Shown here piece after piece: positions 36,201 through 46,200 of a stretch of DNA of 64,000 nucleotides (the first letter of the stretch is position 1; each line of letters begins with the position of its first letter). The stretch is from contig JABAAE010000012.1 of the NCBI GenBank assembly GCA_014238905.1, forward strand, positions 104,156-168,155, in the 5' to 3' direction. The notes beneath the pieces are model-generated. The model was not told where the DNA came from, did not search any database, and was given only the letters and a program-made list of their open reading frames with translations. A program made the translations under genes and the position numbers. This DNA comes from Planctomycetota bacterium. GTDB taxonomy: Bacteria > Planctomycetota > Planctomycetia > Pirellulales > Pirellulaceae.

Positions 36201-38694
36201 TTACCATGTTGATGCAAGGTCGCTGGCCACTTTGTTTTGGCTCGACTTGCGGCATGAAAACAGGAAAATGCAAGACGCTATTCTTGCCAGAATCAAGGCC
36301 CATGGAGCGATTGGGAAGCTATTTGAGGCATCCAAAGGTCGATCGACTCATGTTGCTCAACTAGATTCATTGATAGGTGAATTTTCAAAAAAGGTGGACT
36401 GCTTTGAAAACGCATTGTCGACTCAGGCGGCCAATTTTCTATACGATCTATTGTCGGATTCAGGAAAGTTTTTTGTTGCTTCGGGAACGAATGAACTGGT
36501 CAAGTCATTTTTAGGGAAATTGAAGCGACGAAATTACGAAGCTGATTTCGAAAAACTGGTTTCAGAGATCAAGACCAGTCGGATTGATCAATTCCTGTTA
36601 GTCCGGGATTGGATCGCATCATTCATCATGCAGTTGGGCGAGGAATCGGATAGGGAGTTTGTGAACGAGGCGGCCGTCATGATCATGAGCCCCAACGAAC
36701 CCCAGGTTCTTCCCGGAAATGCCACTCGGATGCTGACTGGTCTGTTGGGCAATCACCCGGTTGCTCAGGTGAAGGAATACTCACTCGATTTCAACAATTT
36801 TGTGCTTCGATTGGAAAACTACGAGAAGACAGTGGTTCCCTCGTACAACCAGTACATCGGTCTGAAGAAAAGAATTGTTGCGGACAAAAGAGAGTTACTG
36901 CGGTTGGAGGAATTCAAGCCGCGGGTGTTGACATCCTTTGTCAGGAATAAACTCATTGACGAGGTCTACTTGCCGATGGTAGGGGACAATCTCGCCAAAC
37001 AAATCGGTGTGATCGGTGATCAAAAACGGACCGATCTGATGGGCTTATTGCTTCTGATTTCTCCACCCGGTTATGGTAAGACCACGTTGATGGAATATAT
37101 TGCCAACCGCCTGGGCATTACCTTTATGAAAATAAATGGCCCGGCTATTGGGCATCAGGTGACTTCTCTGGATCCAGACGAGGCTCCAAACGCCAGCGCC
37201 CGAGAAGAAGTGATCAAATTGAATTTGTCACTTGAGATGGGTGACAATGTAATGATTTACCTTGACGATATCCAGCATTGTAATCCGGAGTTTTTGCAGA
37301 AGTTTATTTCGCTCTGCGATGGTTCACGACGCATCGAGGGTGTTTATAAGGGCAAGACCCGTACCTATGATCTCCGGGGCCGCAAGGTGGCTGTGGTGAT
37401 GGCTGGGAATCCCTATACCGAAAGCGGCGAGAAATTCCAGATTCCGGATATGCTTTCCAATCGTGCGGATACCTACAATCTCGGCGATGTGATTGGTGAT
37501 AGTGCTGCTAGTTTTGAGCTGAGTTACCTGGAAAATTGTTTGACCTCCAATGCCAGTCTTGGGGTGCTTCATTCCCGAAGTCGGAATGATATTTACAGCA
37601 TCATTCACATGGCGGAGCAGGACGAACCCCAAGGAGAGGGTTTGGAGGGTAATTATTCTGTTGAGGAGATCAACGAGTTGGTCGCAGTGATGAAGAAACT
37701 GCTGGTCATTCGAGATGTGCTATTGAAAGTCAACCAGCAGTATATTGCCTCGGCCGCTCAGGCAGACGAGTATCGTACCGAACCCGCTTTCAAGCTGCAG
37801 GGATCCTATCGCGATATGAATAAGCTGGCTGAAAAAGTAGTTCCAGTCATGAATGATAAAGAACTCGATACTCTGATCTTCTCGCACTTTGAGAATCAAG
37901 CCCAAACCCTGACGACCGGCGCCGAAGCGAACCTCTTGAAATTCAAGGAGCTCATCGATGACTTCTCCGAAGAAGAAGAGGTGCGATGGAACGATATCAA
38001 AAGAACGTTCAAACGTAATTTGCTGCTGGGTTCGGCGGGATCAGGCGATGACAAGTTTAGTCTGGTGATCGCCCAATTAACTACATTCAGCGAGGGCCTT
38101 GCTGAGATCAAGAATACGCTTGATTATGGCGTAGCGGCGATTGGCGGCGGAAAAAAGAAAAAGAACGAGCCCACCTATCTGGAAAAAGTTGTCACCGAAC
38201 AGGCAGGGAATGCAATGCAGCATCTGGCTGAATTCAACCAGACGCTAACGGCAATCAAGGATGTCCTTTCCAATGTTTCGGACTTGGAAAATTTGAATCG
38301 GATTGCCGGCAGTTTGGATGTTGTCAAGGAGGCCTCGTCCTACCAGATCGACGAATCCAAGGCGATCAAGCTCGGCAAAAGGCCTTACAAAATAAGTGTC
38401 GTCAACAAGATTCCCACGGCCTTTCTAGATGTCATTTCGGCGCAGTTCACGGTTCTTCAGTCCTGGGTAGAACCAATGGCGAAATTGCAAACGCTCGATG
38501 CCGACCAATTTCGCCGGGCTGTTGAGGCGACTTTCGAACGGTACAAAGAGCTTGTCCAACAGGTCGGGGATCTTTCTTCCAGTCCTCCAGACAATGATGC
38601 CAAGGTCGATCCCCCTCTTCCCAAGACAAAGGATTCCACCGAGGGCTCAGATGACAATTCTCTGCCGGGTGGTGTTTTCTTTCCCGAAGATTAG
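33232..38694 (+). CDS. Giant (1820 aa) uncharacterised protein with a MoxR/AAA_5-type ATPase core; third gene of the flotillin operon
   Basis: A single uninterrupted ORF that starts 137 nt after the flotillin stop. Beta-rich N-terminal ~450 aa, then a ~800-aa predicted helical/coiled region. The AAA_5-like core has Walker A LLLISPPGYGKTT (~37045), Walker B VMIYLDDIQH, a sensor/NP motif VAVVMAGNPYTESGEKFQIPDMLSNRADTYNLGD, then ~380 aa helical C-terminal with an acidic tail. No vWA/MIDAS motif seen. Confidence 0.8.
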   Translation: MAEDPEQSAESAEPQLERSTYEIIRNRLQSHAQELRSRLGRLNDERREVFGSIETKLVETARITTDHNCVPRDMVPIGDRFIFGFNVLIGLRSEINLNDVFAVQKFENQSFHPEDLTLLNQDSLRHDFKEIYKYYKTTTFAKFHVIAPNVYMVFKVGKSARDVKALKFLMDGDQLTYLDNRNDHEVVFPPKHGFQWTRTRRDLHRSGQHPHISVDDRVFVETIGGDLTVKVEDNTEAGTGIYSEPVDDPDQTLDDAEIFYAIVGNIILLKIRPFKEEVFRYLVFNEKTQSVTRLDTIENSCVLLPEDHGLIFSNGYYLQTGEWKIFESDIRDLVFEKRIASPNGEDYLYVFYNQDSGDYVILPYNMIEQQVLTPIVCNGYSLFDDGHLAFFKSEGNPQKHHAMQIWQTPFVGQDFEATTQSDSYLFKLGNKDVVRAMSECHEIIGLIEKDDSYANLYVDLVKKTTDVLDSYFWISNKETFDLGETLEEIKAAAVAAVDEFDKVVRVRKNTNTRFAESSGKVGKVLSSAASRMFRHIDEFVDSLAELRVVRGEVISLRELKYVDLAAVDRLEKDVEENTSRISKRCVDFLLREDSLAPYVARVQSQREAVEALEKVTTAKKLDEEISAGSTELEMLIDIVSNLDIDDATQRTRIIDSISTIYSQLNQARASLKKKTTELLSVEGIAEFNSQIKLLSQAVVNYLDVCDTPERCDEYLTKMMVQIEELEGRFAEFDEFIIQLSEKREEVYQAFDTRKIGLVESRNKRAAALMSACDRILSGIKTRVSNFDSVNEINSYFAADLMIEKVRDIIEQLKELDDNVKVDDIQSRLKSTREDAVRQLKDKQELFVDGENVIKFGKHKFSVNIQTLDLTTVLKDGELFFHLTGTDFMEAVTDESLLATRDVWDQEIVSENSSVYRGEYLAYQLLKSIEAKGPAAAKEVLGLESESLTDYVQKFMAPRYAEGYVKGVQDHDAALILYQLLDLKASIGLLRYHVDARSLATLFWLDLRHENRKMQDAILARIKAHGAIGKLFEASKGRSTHVAQLDSLIGEFSKKVDCFENALSTQAANFLYDLLSDSGKFFVASGTNELVKSFLGKLKRRNYEADFEKLVSEIKTSRIDQFLLVRDWIASFIMQLGEESDREFVNEAAVMIMSPNEPQVLPGNATRMLTGLLGNHPVAQVKEYSLDFNNFVLRLENYEKTVVPSYNQYIGLKKRIVADKRELLRLEEFKPRVLTSFVRNKLIDEVYLPMVGDNLAKQIGVIGDQKRTDLMGLLLLISPPGYGKTTLMEYIANRLGITFMKINGPAIGHQVTSLDPDEAPNASAREEVIKLNLSLEMGDNVMIYLDDIQHCNPEFLQKFISLCDGSRRIEGVYKGKTRTYDLRGRKVAVVMAGNPYTESGEKFQIPDMLSNRADTYNLGDVIGDSAASFELSYLENCLTSNASLGVLHSRSRNDIYSIIHMAEQDEPQGEGLEGNYSVEEINELVAVMKKLLVIRDVLLKVNQQYIASAAQADEYRTEPAFKLQGSYRDMNKLAEKVVPVMNDKELDTLIFSHFENQAQTLTTGAEANLLKFKELIDDFSEEEEVRWNDIKRTFKRNLLLGSAGSGDDKFSLVIAQLTTFSEGLAEIKNTLDYGVAAIGGGKKKKNEPTYLEKVVTEQAGNAMQHLAEFNQTLTAIKDVLSNVSDLENLNRIAGSLDVVKEASSYQIDESKAIKLGKRPYKISVVNKIPTAFLDVISAQFTVLQSWVEPMAKLQTLDADQFRRAVEATFERYKELVQQVGDLSSSPPDNDAKVDPPLPKTKDSTEGSDDNSLPGGVFFPED

Positions 38695-39004
38695 TCGTTC
38701 GGTTAAGAGGAAGGGTGCTGCTTAGCGAGAACTGATGCAGCATGGCCGGTCGTATGGGTTGCCAACGGTTAAAAACGGTACGACTGCTACAGTATTCCGT
38801 TTTTCGCCTCGGCTAACGGAATTCATTGGAAAACCTGCACGGAATTTTCAGGCAAACACTTAGAAAATAGGTAACCTATTCGAGGAATGATTGGATAGGA
38901 ACCACTCCTTGCAGGAAATTTTCCGTACGGGAAGAATAAGGTTCGATCTCGATTTTGTCTTGCGAATGGAATTGCGACTTTCAAGGTTTGAAGTGAGCAG
39001 TACC

Positions 39005-39667
39005 ATGTCAACAAGTTCTAAATATGGATGGGCGATCGGCCTGATCATGATCGGACTCGTACTGGCGATGCCATTTCGCAAAGCGGGCAGTCAATCGCTG
39101 GAGCCTCAAGGGGAAATGGCAGCAGGCCCATCTTCAGCGCCTTCGATGGATTCAACTTCGCCCTCAATTGAGGATGCAAAACTGGATTCAAAATCGCTTT
39201 TGCCAAATAGTCCTCCTTCGGTCAGTGTTATCGATCTCGAGGAAAAGTCGAATCCTGTCGTGGAACCCCCATCACTTTCGATGCCTGATTCATTTCAGAC
39301 CAAGCCGACGGTGGAGATTGTTCAAAGCGACCAAGCCGCTTCGCTACGATCGGTTGATTTTTCCAATGCCATGCCCAACCGTTCCATTCCGAATTCAGTC
39401 GGGCCTTACCGGATGAAAAAGGTTCCAGCTTCTAGATTTCTGCCGGCCAGTCAATCCTCAGGGACTGCCGTTATCTCCAATGCCAGCCAATCTAGGAATG
39501 TCATTCAGTATCGGCTTCGCGACGGTGATACATTGCGGTCTATCGCCGCCCGCTATCTGGGCAACTCAAATCGTTACGAGGAAATCTTGGCTGATAATCG
39601 GCACATTCTCACTAACGGGGAAGGTTTTCTTCCCATCGGGCAATACATCACCATCATCGCCCAGTAA
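39005..39667 (+). CDS. LysM domain membrane protein
   Basis: ORF 38891..39667; the likely start is MSTSSKYGWAIGLIMIGLVLAMPF (TM). A Pro/Ser-rich linker follows. C-terminal LysM: IQYRLRDGDTLRSIAARYLGNSNRYEEILADNRHIL. Confidence 0.7.
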   Translation: MSTSSKYGWAIGLIMIGLVLAMPFRKAGSQSLEPQGEMAAGPSSAPSMDSTSPSIEDAKLDSKSLLPNSPPSVSVIDLEEKSNPVVEPPSLSMPDSFQTKPTVEIVQSDQAASLRSVDFSNAMPNRSIPNSVGPYRMKKVPASRFLPASQSSGTAVISNASQSRNVIQYRLRDGDTLRSIAARYLGNSNRYEEILADNRHILTNGEGFLPIGQYITIIAQ

Positions 39668-39934
39668 GTACTCAGTAAATACCCAAGGGTCCTCTTGGCC
39701 ATTCTCGCCAAAATGTTTTCTCCGCGGTCTTCCACTTTGATGATGCGTTGAAGGCCGAGACCGGTGTTCACCCTTTGAGTCACTCGAAGGACCCACGCGG
39801 TCTTGGAACCAAATGAGGTTGTTAAATCGTCACGCTGTTTCAGGGATTGGTCTCAACATCGACCAGTTGCCAGGGATTGGAAGGTTTTTGAAGAGACAAT
39901 CTTGGTAAATGTCTTGATGCCAACGAGAACAAAC

Positions 39935-40753
39935 TCAAGGATTTCGACCGAGTATCCGGTCAACGAAAGATTCGAATTCTTCATCAAATTCCACGGTCCA
40001 GGAGTCGTTGTGGCCGCCCTCCTCTGCGAGCAGGAAATGTTTTAAGTGGTTGGGAGTGGCAGCGCTATTAAAGAGTCGCTGCGCGAATTCGGCGGGGACT
40101 AACCGGTCAGCAGACCCGTGTGATTGAAGCAGGGGGCCGCGAAATTTTTTCAATGAACTTGCAGAGTCAAATCGATTGCGAAGTATCCAGTCGATGGGTA
40201 ACCATCGGTAATGATATTTTGCAACGTCTAGCATTGATGAAAATGTATTCTCCAACACCAGCCCTCCAACCGGTTGTTGTGCGGCAAGTTGGGCCGCTAC
40301 CGCTCCACCTAAGCTTCGTCCGTAAAGGATAATGTGAGCGGGTAAAATGCTTTGAGCGATAAGGAAATCATAAGCGGCCAGTCCATCCTTGATCAGGCCA
40401 CATTCGTTTGGGGATCCTTCACTTTCACCATACCCCCGATAATCATAAGCAAGGACATTGACTCGCATTCGGTCCCCGAGATTGGCAATAAATGTTTCCA
40501 CGCGGTTTAACCAAACCCCGTTTCCATGGCAGTACAAAATGGTCCCATCCGCTTCAGCGGGGCGATAAAAAAGACCGCGAATCCGAATGTTGTCGCTTGT
40601 CGTTAATGAGAGCAGTTTCATGTTGCTGTCATTGGGGGCTAACGTCACATCCCGTTTGCCTCGATTGGGATAGATTAGCCTCGGTTCGGCGATGACCGCG
40701 GCAACCAGAACAAGAGAATACGCGATGCAAATCCAGACGATAAAAGAAAACAT
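39935..40753 (-). CDS. Alpha/beta-fold hydrolase with N-terminal TM anchor
   Basis: MFSFIVWICIAYSLVLVAAVIA (TM). Nucleophile elbow YGRSLGG. Predicted triad Asp/His region HGSADRLV...GGHND. Confidence 0.75.
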   Translation of the reverse strand: MFSFIVWICIAYSLVLVAAVIAEPRLIYPNRGKRDVTLAPNDSNMKLLSLTTSDNIRIRGLFYRPAEADGTILYCHGNGVWLNRVETFIANLGDRMRVNVLAYDYRGYGESEGSPNECGLIKDGLAAYDFLIAQSILPAHIILYGRSLGGAVAAQLAAQQPVGGLVLENTFSSMLDVAKYHYRWLPIDWILRNRFDSASSLKKFRGPLLQSHGSADRLVPAEFAQRLFNSAATPNHLKHFLLAEEGGHNDSWTVEFDEEFESFVDRILGRNP

Positions 40754-40924
40754 GGCGCGAAAAATTCGATGTTAAAAAAACTGAAGGTAGTGGCCCGCAG
40801 TGGAATTTTACGATCAGGAGATCGGTCGTGCATCGTAATCAAATAAAAGTTCAGCTTGGCTCACAGGTAACATCTGGCAGGAAAGGCGAAACCGGTTTCC
40901 CTCATCGGTCCAAATGGCATCCGC

Positions 40925-41695
40925 CTATCCCAGCAGGTCGTCCAGAGATCCTGCTTTTTTGGACGGTGCTACTCCGAATTCGGAAATGATGTTCTTTCGC
41001 GAGGCCGATTTAAGGATGTTTTCTGCCAGACGAAGGTCTTCCTGAGTCGTGATTTTCAAATTGCTGGTGGAACATTGCACAATGTCGACCGGGTGGCCAT
41101 AGGCTTCGACGACTTGCGAATCATCGGTGGCCTGTCCTTTGAAATCAGCATAGGCTCGCAGAAGCAGGTGCTTTTCAAAGGCCTGCGGCGTTTGCGCCTG
41201 CCACAGTCTTTCCCGGGAGATGGTCTCCATGATCTGGGGTTTTGTCGGATCGGCTCGCTTCACTGTTCCGACGATTGGCGAAGCAAGGATTGCTGCGCCT
41301 GATGATTGAGCTTGATCGAATACCTCATCAGTCGAGTTTTCTCTCAGGCAGGGCCGAGCCGCATCATGAATGGCGACGTGGTCGCATTCGGCTGAGACTC
41401 TGGAAAGTGCATTTCGAACGGAATCGGCCCTCTCCTTACCGCCAATGACGAGAGTCAAATCCATGACGGCAATGTTGGCGTTGAATTTCATGCGGAAATA
41501 CTCTTCATCATCGGGGGCGATGACGATGATGATTTGACCAACGTCCTTTCGCTCTGCGAACTGCTGCGCCGAATAAAGCCAAACAGCCTGATTTTTGATT
41601 AACGCATACGGCTTTTTTAAATGGGTTTTTCCAAAGCGGGAGCTCGCCCCGGCAGCCGGGATAATGACCGAAAAATTTGCCATAGAACAACTCAA
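40925..41695 (-). CDS. ispD: 2-C-methyl-D-erythritol 4-phosphate cytidylyltransferase
   Basis: FSVIIPAAGASSRFG...KKPYALIKNQAVWLYS... (P-loop-like IspD N-terminus) and ...VAIHDAARPC... IspD motifs. Confidence 0.85.
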   Translation of the reverse strand: MSCSMANFSVIIPAAGASSRFGKTHLKKPYALIKNQAVWLYSAQQFAERKDVGQIIIVIAPDDEEYFRMKFNANIAVMDLTLVIGGKERADSVRNALSRVSAECDHVAIHDAARPCLRENSTDEVFDQAQSSGAAILASPIVGTVKRADPTKPQIMETISRERLWQAQTPQAFEKHLLLRAYADFKGQATDDSQVVEAYGHPVDIVQCSTSNLKITTQEDLRLAENILKSASRKNIISEFGVAPSKKAGSLDDLLG

Positions 41696-41741
41696 TCTAT
41701 TGATAGTAAATGGTAGATCCAGGAACGAATCAGAACATAAC

Positions 41742-43184
41742 CTATGCCAGGACCGGTTTTACCACATTTCCATGGACATCGGTCAATCGATACCAGCGAC
41801 CCTGATGTTTGTAGGTGAGTCTTTCGTGGTCAATTCCCAAAAGGTGGAGGATCGTAGCGTGGAGATCATGCACATGAACTCCGCGGTCGGTGACATTGTA
41901 ACCATAGGCATCCGTTTGCCCGTAGGAAAGACCCGGTTTGACTCCGCCCCCGGCCATCCAGATTGAAAAACAACGAGGGTGATGGTCGCGTCCAAAGTTA
42001 GCGCCCAGTTTTCCTTGACAATAATTTGTCCGACCAAATTCCCCTCCCCAGATGACCAAAGTGTCATCCAGCAAGCCGCGTTGTTTCAAGTCCTTCAAGA
42101 GAGCGGCCGAAGGTTGGTCCGTTTCCTTGCATTGCCCTCGAATTCCCCCTGGGAGTCCGCCATGCTGGTCCCATCCTGGGTGGTATAATTGAATGAAACG
42201 CACGCCGCGTTCGGCAAGACGCCTGGCGAGCAAGCAGTTGGCGGCGAACGAACCAGGTTTTTCGACGTCTGGTCCGTAATCCTTGAGAACATGTTCGGGT
42301 TCGTCCGAAAAATTGGTGGTCTGTGGAATCGAAGTTTGCATTCGAAAAGCCAATTCGTATTGGGCGATGCGATCTTCGATGGCTGGGTCAAAAGAATTCG
42401 CCAGCTGATGTTGGTGTAGCGATCTTAAGGAGTTGAGCATTTCTCTCCGACTTTTCGTTGATACACCAGCCGGGTTGTTCAGGTAAAGAACCGGGTCCCT
42501 GTCCGCCCGAAATCGGACCCCTTGGAATCTGGATGCCAAGAATCCGGCTCCCCATAATCTTGAAACAAGCGGTTGCCCACCTTTGTTTTTGGTGACCATG
42601 ACCACAAAAGAGGGCATGTTCTCGTTTTCGGACCCAAGACCATAGTTGAGCCAAGACCCCATGCTGGGTCGTCCCGGAAATTGTGACCCTGTTTGCATGT
42701 GCGTTACTGCCGGGCCATGGTTGATGGCTTCAGTGTGTAATGATTTGATAATGCAAAGATCGTCTGCCTGCTGGGCAAGATGAGGAAGGATTTCACTGAT
42801 TTGCTGTCCGCTCTGTCCCACTTTTGAAAATTGAAACGGTGTACCCACCAAAGGTAGACTCGACTGATTACCGGACATGCCCGTTAGGCGTTGTCCTTTA
42901 CGAATACTCTCGGGCAGTTCTTTTCCATTGTCCTTGATTAACTGTGATTTGTAATCGAAAAGATCAAGTTGGGATGGTCCACCACTTTGGAATAGAAAAA
43001 TAACCCGTTTTGCTTTCGCTGGATGGTGGAGTTTTCGTTTGGAATCGGTATTTCCCCAACTCTCGGACTGAAGCAGATGAGCAAGTGCAGTGGTCCCCAT
43101 GCCCATGCCGAAACGGGACAACCACTGGCGGCGGTCCAACTCGGAGGGTGACTCAAAACCGGTGCAATTTTTATTCAGGTTCAT
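41742..43184 (-). CDS. DUF1501 domain protein (sulfatase-like), Tat signal
   Basis: RRQWLSRFGMGMGTTALAHLL is the Tat motif. The body is sulfatase/phosphodiesterase-like DUF1501. It lies directly downstream of the PSCyt/DUF1553 gene on the same strand, the classic Planctomycetes pair. Confidence 0.85.
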   Translation of the reverse strand: MNLNKNCTGFESPSELDRRQWLSRFGMGMGTTALAHLLQSESWGNTDSKRKLHHPAKAKRVIFLFQSGGPSQLDLFDYKSQLIKDNGKELPESIRKGQRLTGMSGNQSSLPLVGTPFQFSKVGQSGQQISEILPHLAQQADDLCIIKSLHTEAINHGPAVTHMQTGSQFPGRPSMGSWLNYGLGSENENMPSFVVMVTKNKGGQPLVSRLWGAGFLASRFQGVRFRADRDPVLYLNNPAGVSTKSRREMLNSLRSLHQHQLANSFDPAIEDRIAQYELAFRMQTSIPQTTNFSDEPEHVLKDYGPDVEKPGSFAANCLLARRLAERGVRFIQLYHPGWDQHGGLPGGIRGQCKETDQPSAALLKDLKQRGLLDDTLVIWGGEFGRTNYCQGKLGANFGRDHHPRCFSIWMAGGGVKPGLSYGQTDAYGYNVTDRGVHVHDLHATILHLLGIDHERLTYKHQGRWYRLTDVHGNVVKPVLA

Positions 43185-43237
43185 AATTTTGGTTTACCGA
43201 TTGTGTTGATTCTTTAATTGTTGATGACTTATCAATC

Positions 43238-46200
43238 TCAGCGCCGCATGATGCATTCATCAAAATTCATGACGGTCTGAATTACCGTTGCCAATGCGGC
43301 GACAGCTGCAGGATCGAGTTGCGAATTAAATGGTCTTCCGCCCACGGAAACAAACTTTTTGGCGGCTTCGAGATTTTCAGAGAAATATTTTTTTTGCGTT
43401 CTCAACAGGGTCGTCAAGATTTTCTTTTCCTTGGCATCTGGGTAACGACTTGTAGATCGCCGAAAGGCTATGGTAATGGGATCTTGCGGATGTTTCTGAA
43501 TTAACTCTTCTGCCAAGACACGAGCAGCCTCGACAAACTGTGGATCATTTAAAAGCACGAAGGCCTGCAGCGGTGTCGCTGTTCGTTCTCTTTTAACGGT
43601 GCAGATTTCCCGTTTGGCAGCATCAAGGGTCATCATCACTGGCGAGGGGCCTGTCCGTTTCCAGTAGGTGTAAACGCTGCGGCGATAAAGTCCCTCGCCT
43701 TTGTCAGGGCCAAGCGGCTTAAAGCTGAGTGCCAGATCATACGGTTTCGCTCCCCCACCGCCCTGCCTCGGGGACAGAAGGCCACTGATCGCCAGCGCGT
43801 TGTCCCTGAGCATCTCCGCTGGTAGACGATAGCTAGAAGCTCTGGCTAACCATGTATTCTGGGGATCTCGTTCAATTAAATCAGGAGTCAGAATGGAATC
43901 CTGTTGATAGGTGGCGGACATCACCAACTGTTTTAAGAGTCTTTTCAGATTCCAGTTGTTGTCGGCGAAATCTGTCGCAATCCAGTCGAGTAACTCCGGA
44001 TGGGTCGGTGGCTGCCCCTGCGATCCAAAATCCTCTGGCGTACGAACCAGGCCATCTCCAAAAAGCATTTGCCAGTACCGATTTACCGTGACCCGGGAGG
44101 TGAGTGGGTTTTCGGGTCCTACCAGCCAGCGAGCCAGTTCCAAGCGGTTTTTTGGGATCTGTTTTGATGAGAATACTGCGGGGATTCCCGGGAAGACTTC
44201 TTCCTTGGGTTGCTGGTAGGAACCACGATGTAAGCGATAAGTGGGCCTCCGTTGTTTTCGATCATTCATCACCATGATCTCGACGATGCCGTCAACCTGT
44301 TGGCTCCGTTGTTTTCTAAGAACTCCCAGCTGCTTTCTGATTTCAAGGTGAGTTGAAGAGACGTGGATCTGAAAAAACTCTTGCCATTTATTTTTTAAGC
44401 GGTCGGGCAAATCAGCTAGGTGGATTTTTTTTGCTTTTTGAAATGAATCGGTTTTGACAAGATTCTCTATTTCCAGACCGCTTAGTTCTCGATCAAAAAC
44501 CTTGAATTCATCTATTTTTCCATCTGTAAAACCACGGTCTCGAAAACGCTCTCCGATGGCGATGTTGTTTCCCCCACCGCCGGTGATGTTCTTGTAAAGA
44601 TGGTCGCGAATCACTTCGCTAGTCAACGCTTGCCCATCCAGAAAAAGTTCCAGACCGGATGCCCGGCTGGACCCGTCGTAGGTCACTGAGACGTGTATCC
44701 ATTTTTTTAATGGAATCTCTTTCCGGGATCGTATCCGAATTGCATTACCGGGCCAGAAATGAATTAATGAAAAACTTAGTTTGCCGTCTTCAATCAGAAG
44801 TTGATATCCTCGGCTGGCAGCATCGGTCCAGGCTCTTGATCGGTGAAAGACAACGGCACGGTCTTTCTTGTCAGCGGTATTCATCCAGAAACCGAAGGAA
44901 AAGGGCTGGTTGCGAGTGAAGTTTCCCGTTTTCAAGGCGATGGCATCGTCTCCACTCAATTGCACTCCCTTTCCTACAGGTCCCGTCACCGACAGATTAG
45001 CGCCACCTTTAAAATCTTCAAAATTTCTATATTCGATGGGTGCGCTAGGCTGGATATTTTCTTTTTGAGTGAACCAATTGCTGAAGGCCGTCGCATCGAT
45101 TTCAAGGGCGGCAAGCTCGGTTTCCTTGGCTTGGATGGTTGATTCCAGCAGGGCTAATTTCTGTTTTTGATCACCGGAGGACATCAACAATGTCGGAGTG
45201 GGGGTGGAGTTGGTGAAATAAGAATATAAACCAGCTTCATCGATATTATTGAAATACGAAAATAGCTGGTAATATTCGGATTGGGTGATCGGATCAAATT
45301 TGTGGTCATGACAACGAGCGCACTCGATTGTCAGTCCGAGGAAAGCGGTGGCAAAGGTATGATTTCGGTCGGCAACATATTCCACCCGGAATTCTTCCGG
45401 TACGCTACCACCTTCGACTTTTTGCGGGTGGAGCCGATTGAATGCGGTTGCCAAGATCTGTTGATCGGTAGCATTGGGCAGCATGTCACCGGCCAACTGG
45501 TGGATGATAAACTGGTCGTAAGGAAGGTTGGAGTTAAAGGACTTGACGACCCAATCTCGCCATGGCCAGACGTGTCTTCCGCGATCGACCTGATAGCCAA
45601 ATGAATCTGAATAACGGGCAACGTCCAGCCACTGGCTGGTTAGCCTTTCACCGAGACCCTCGCGGGCGAGTAGACCATCGACCAGTTTTTCATAAGCGTC
45701 CGGCGACTCGTCAGCCAAAAAACGATCGACCTCTTGATCGGTCGGAGGCAGTCCCAATAAGTCAAATGTCAAGCGTCGAATTAACCTCTCTTTGCTCGCC
45801 GGTCGGTTGGGTTTGACTCCAAGGGTTTCCAGCTTCTGTAGAACAAAACGATCGATTTCGTTCCGGCACCAATCCAAGTGCTCAACAGGAGGTAAAGGTA
45901 CTTTTCCTGGCTTCAAAAACGACCAGTGTTTTTCGTATGGGCTGTCGGCGAGCAACCATTTGCCGATCAGCTGTTTTTCGTCGCTGGAGAGGGATAGTTT
46001 TGAATTTGGCGGTGGCATCATGAAATCTGGATCGTCGCTGTTGATGCGTTGCCAGAGTTTTATTTCCTCAAGGGAGCTCCCTTGGAGTTGTTTTTTTGCC
46101 AGGTCCCGTTGGTCGAGACGCAGGTCGCTTTCGCGGGCGTTTTCATCCGGGCCATGGCATTGAAAACAGCGGTCAGAAATCAGTGGGCGTATATCGCGGT

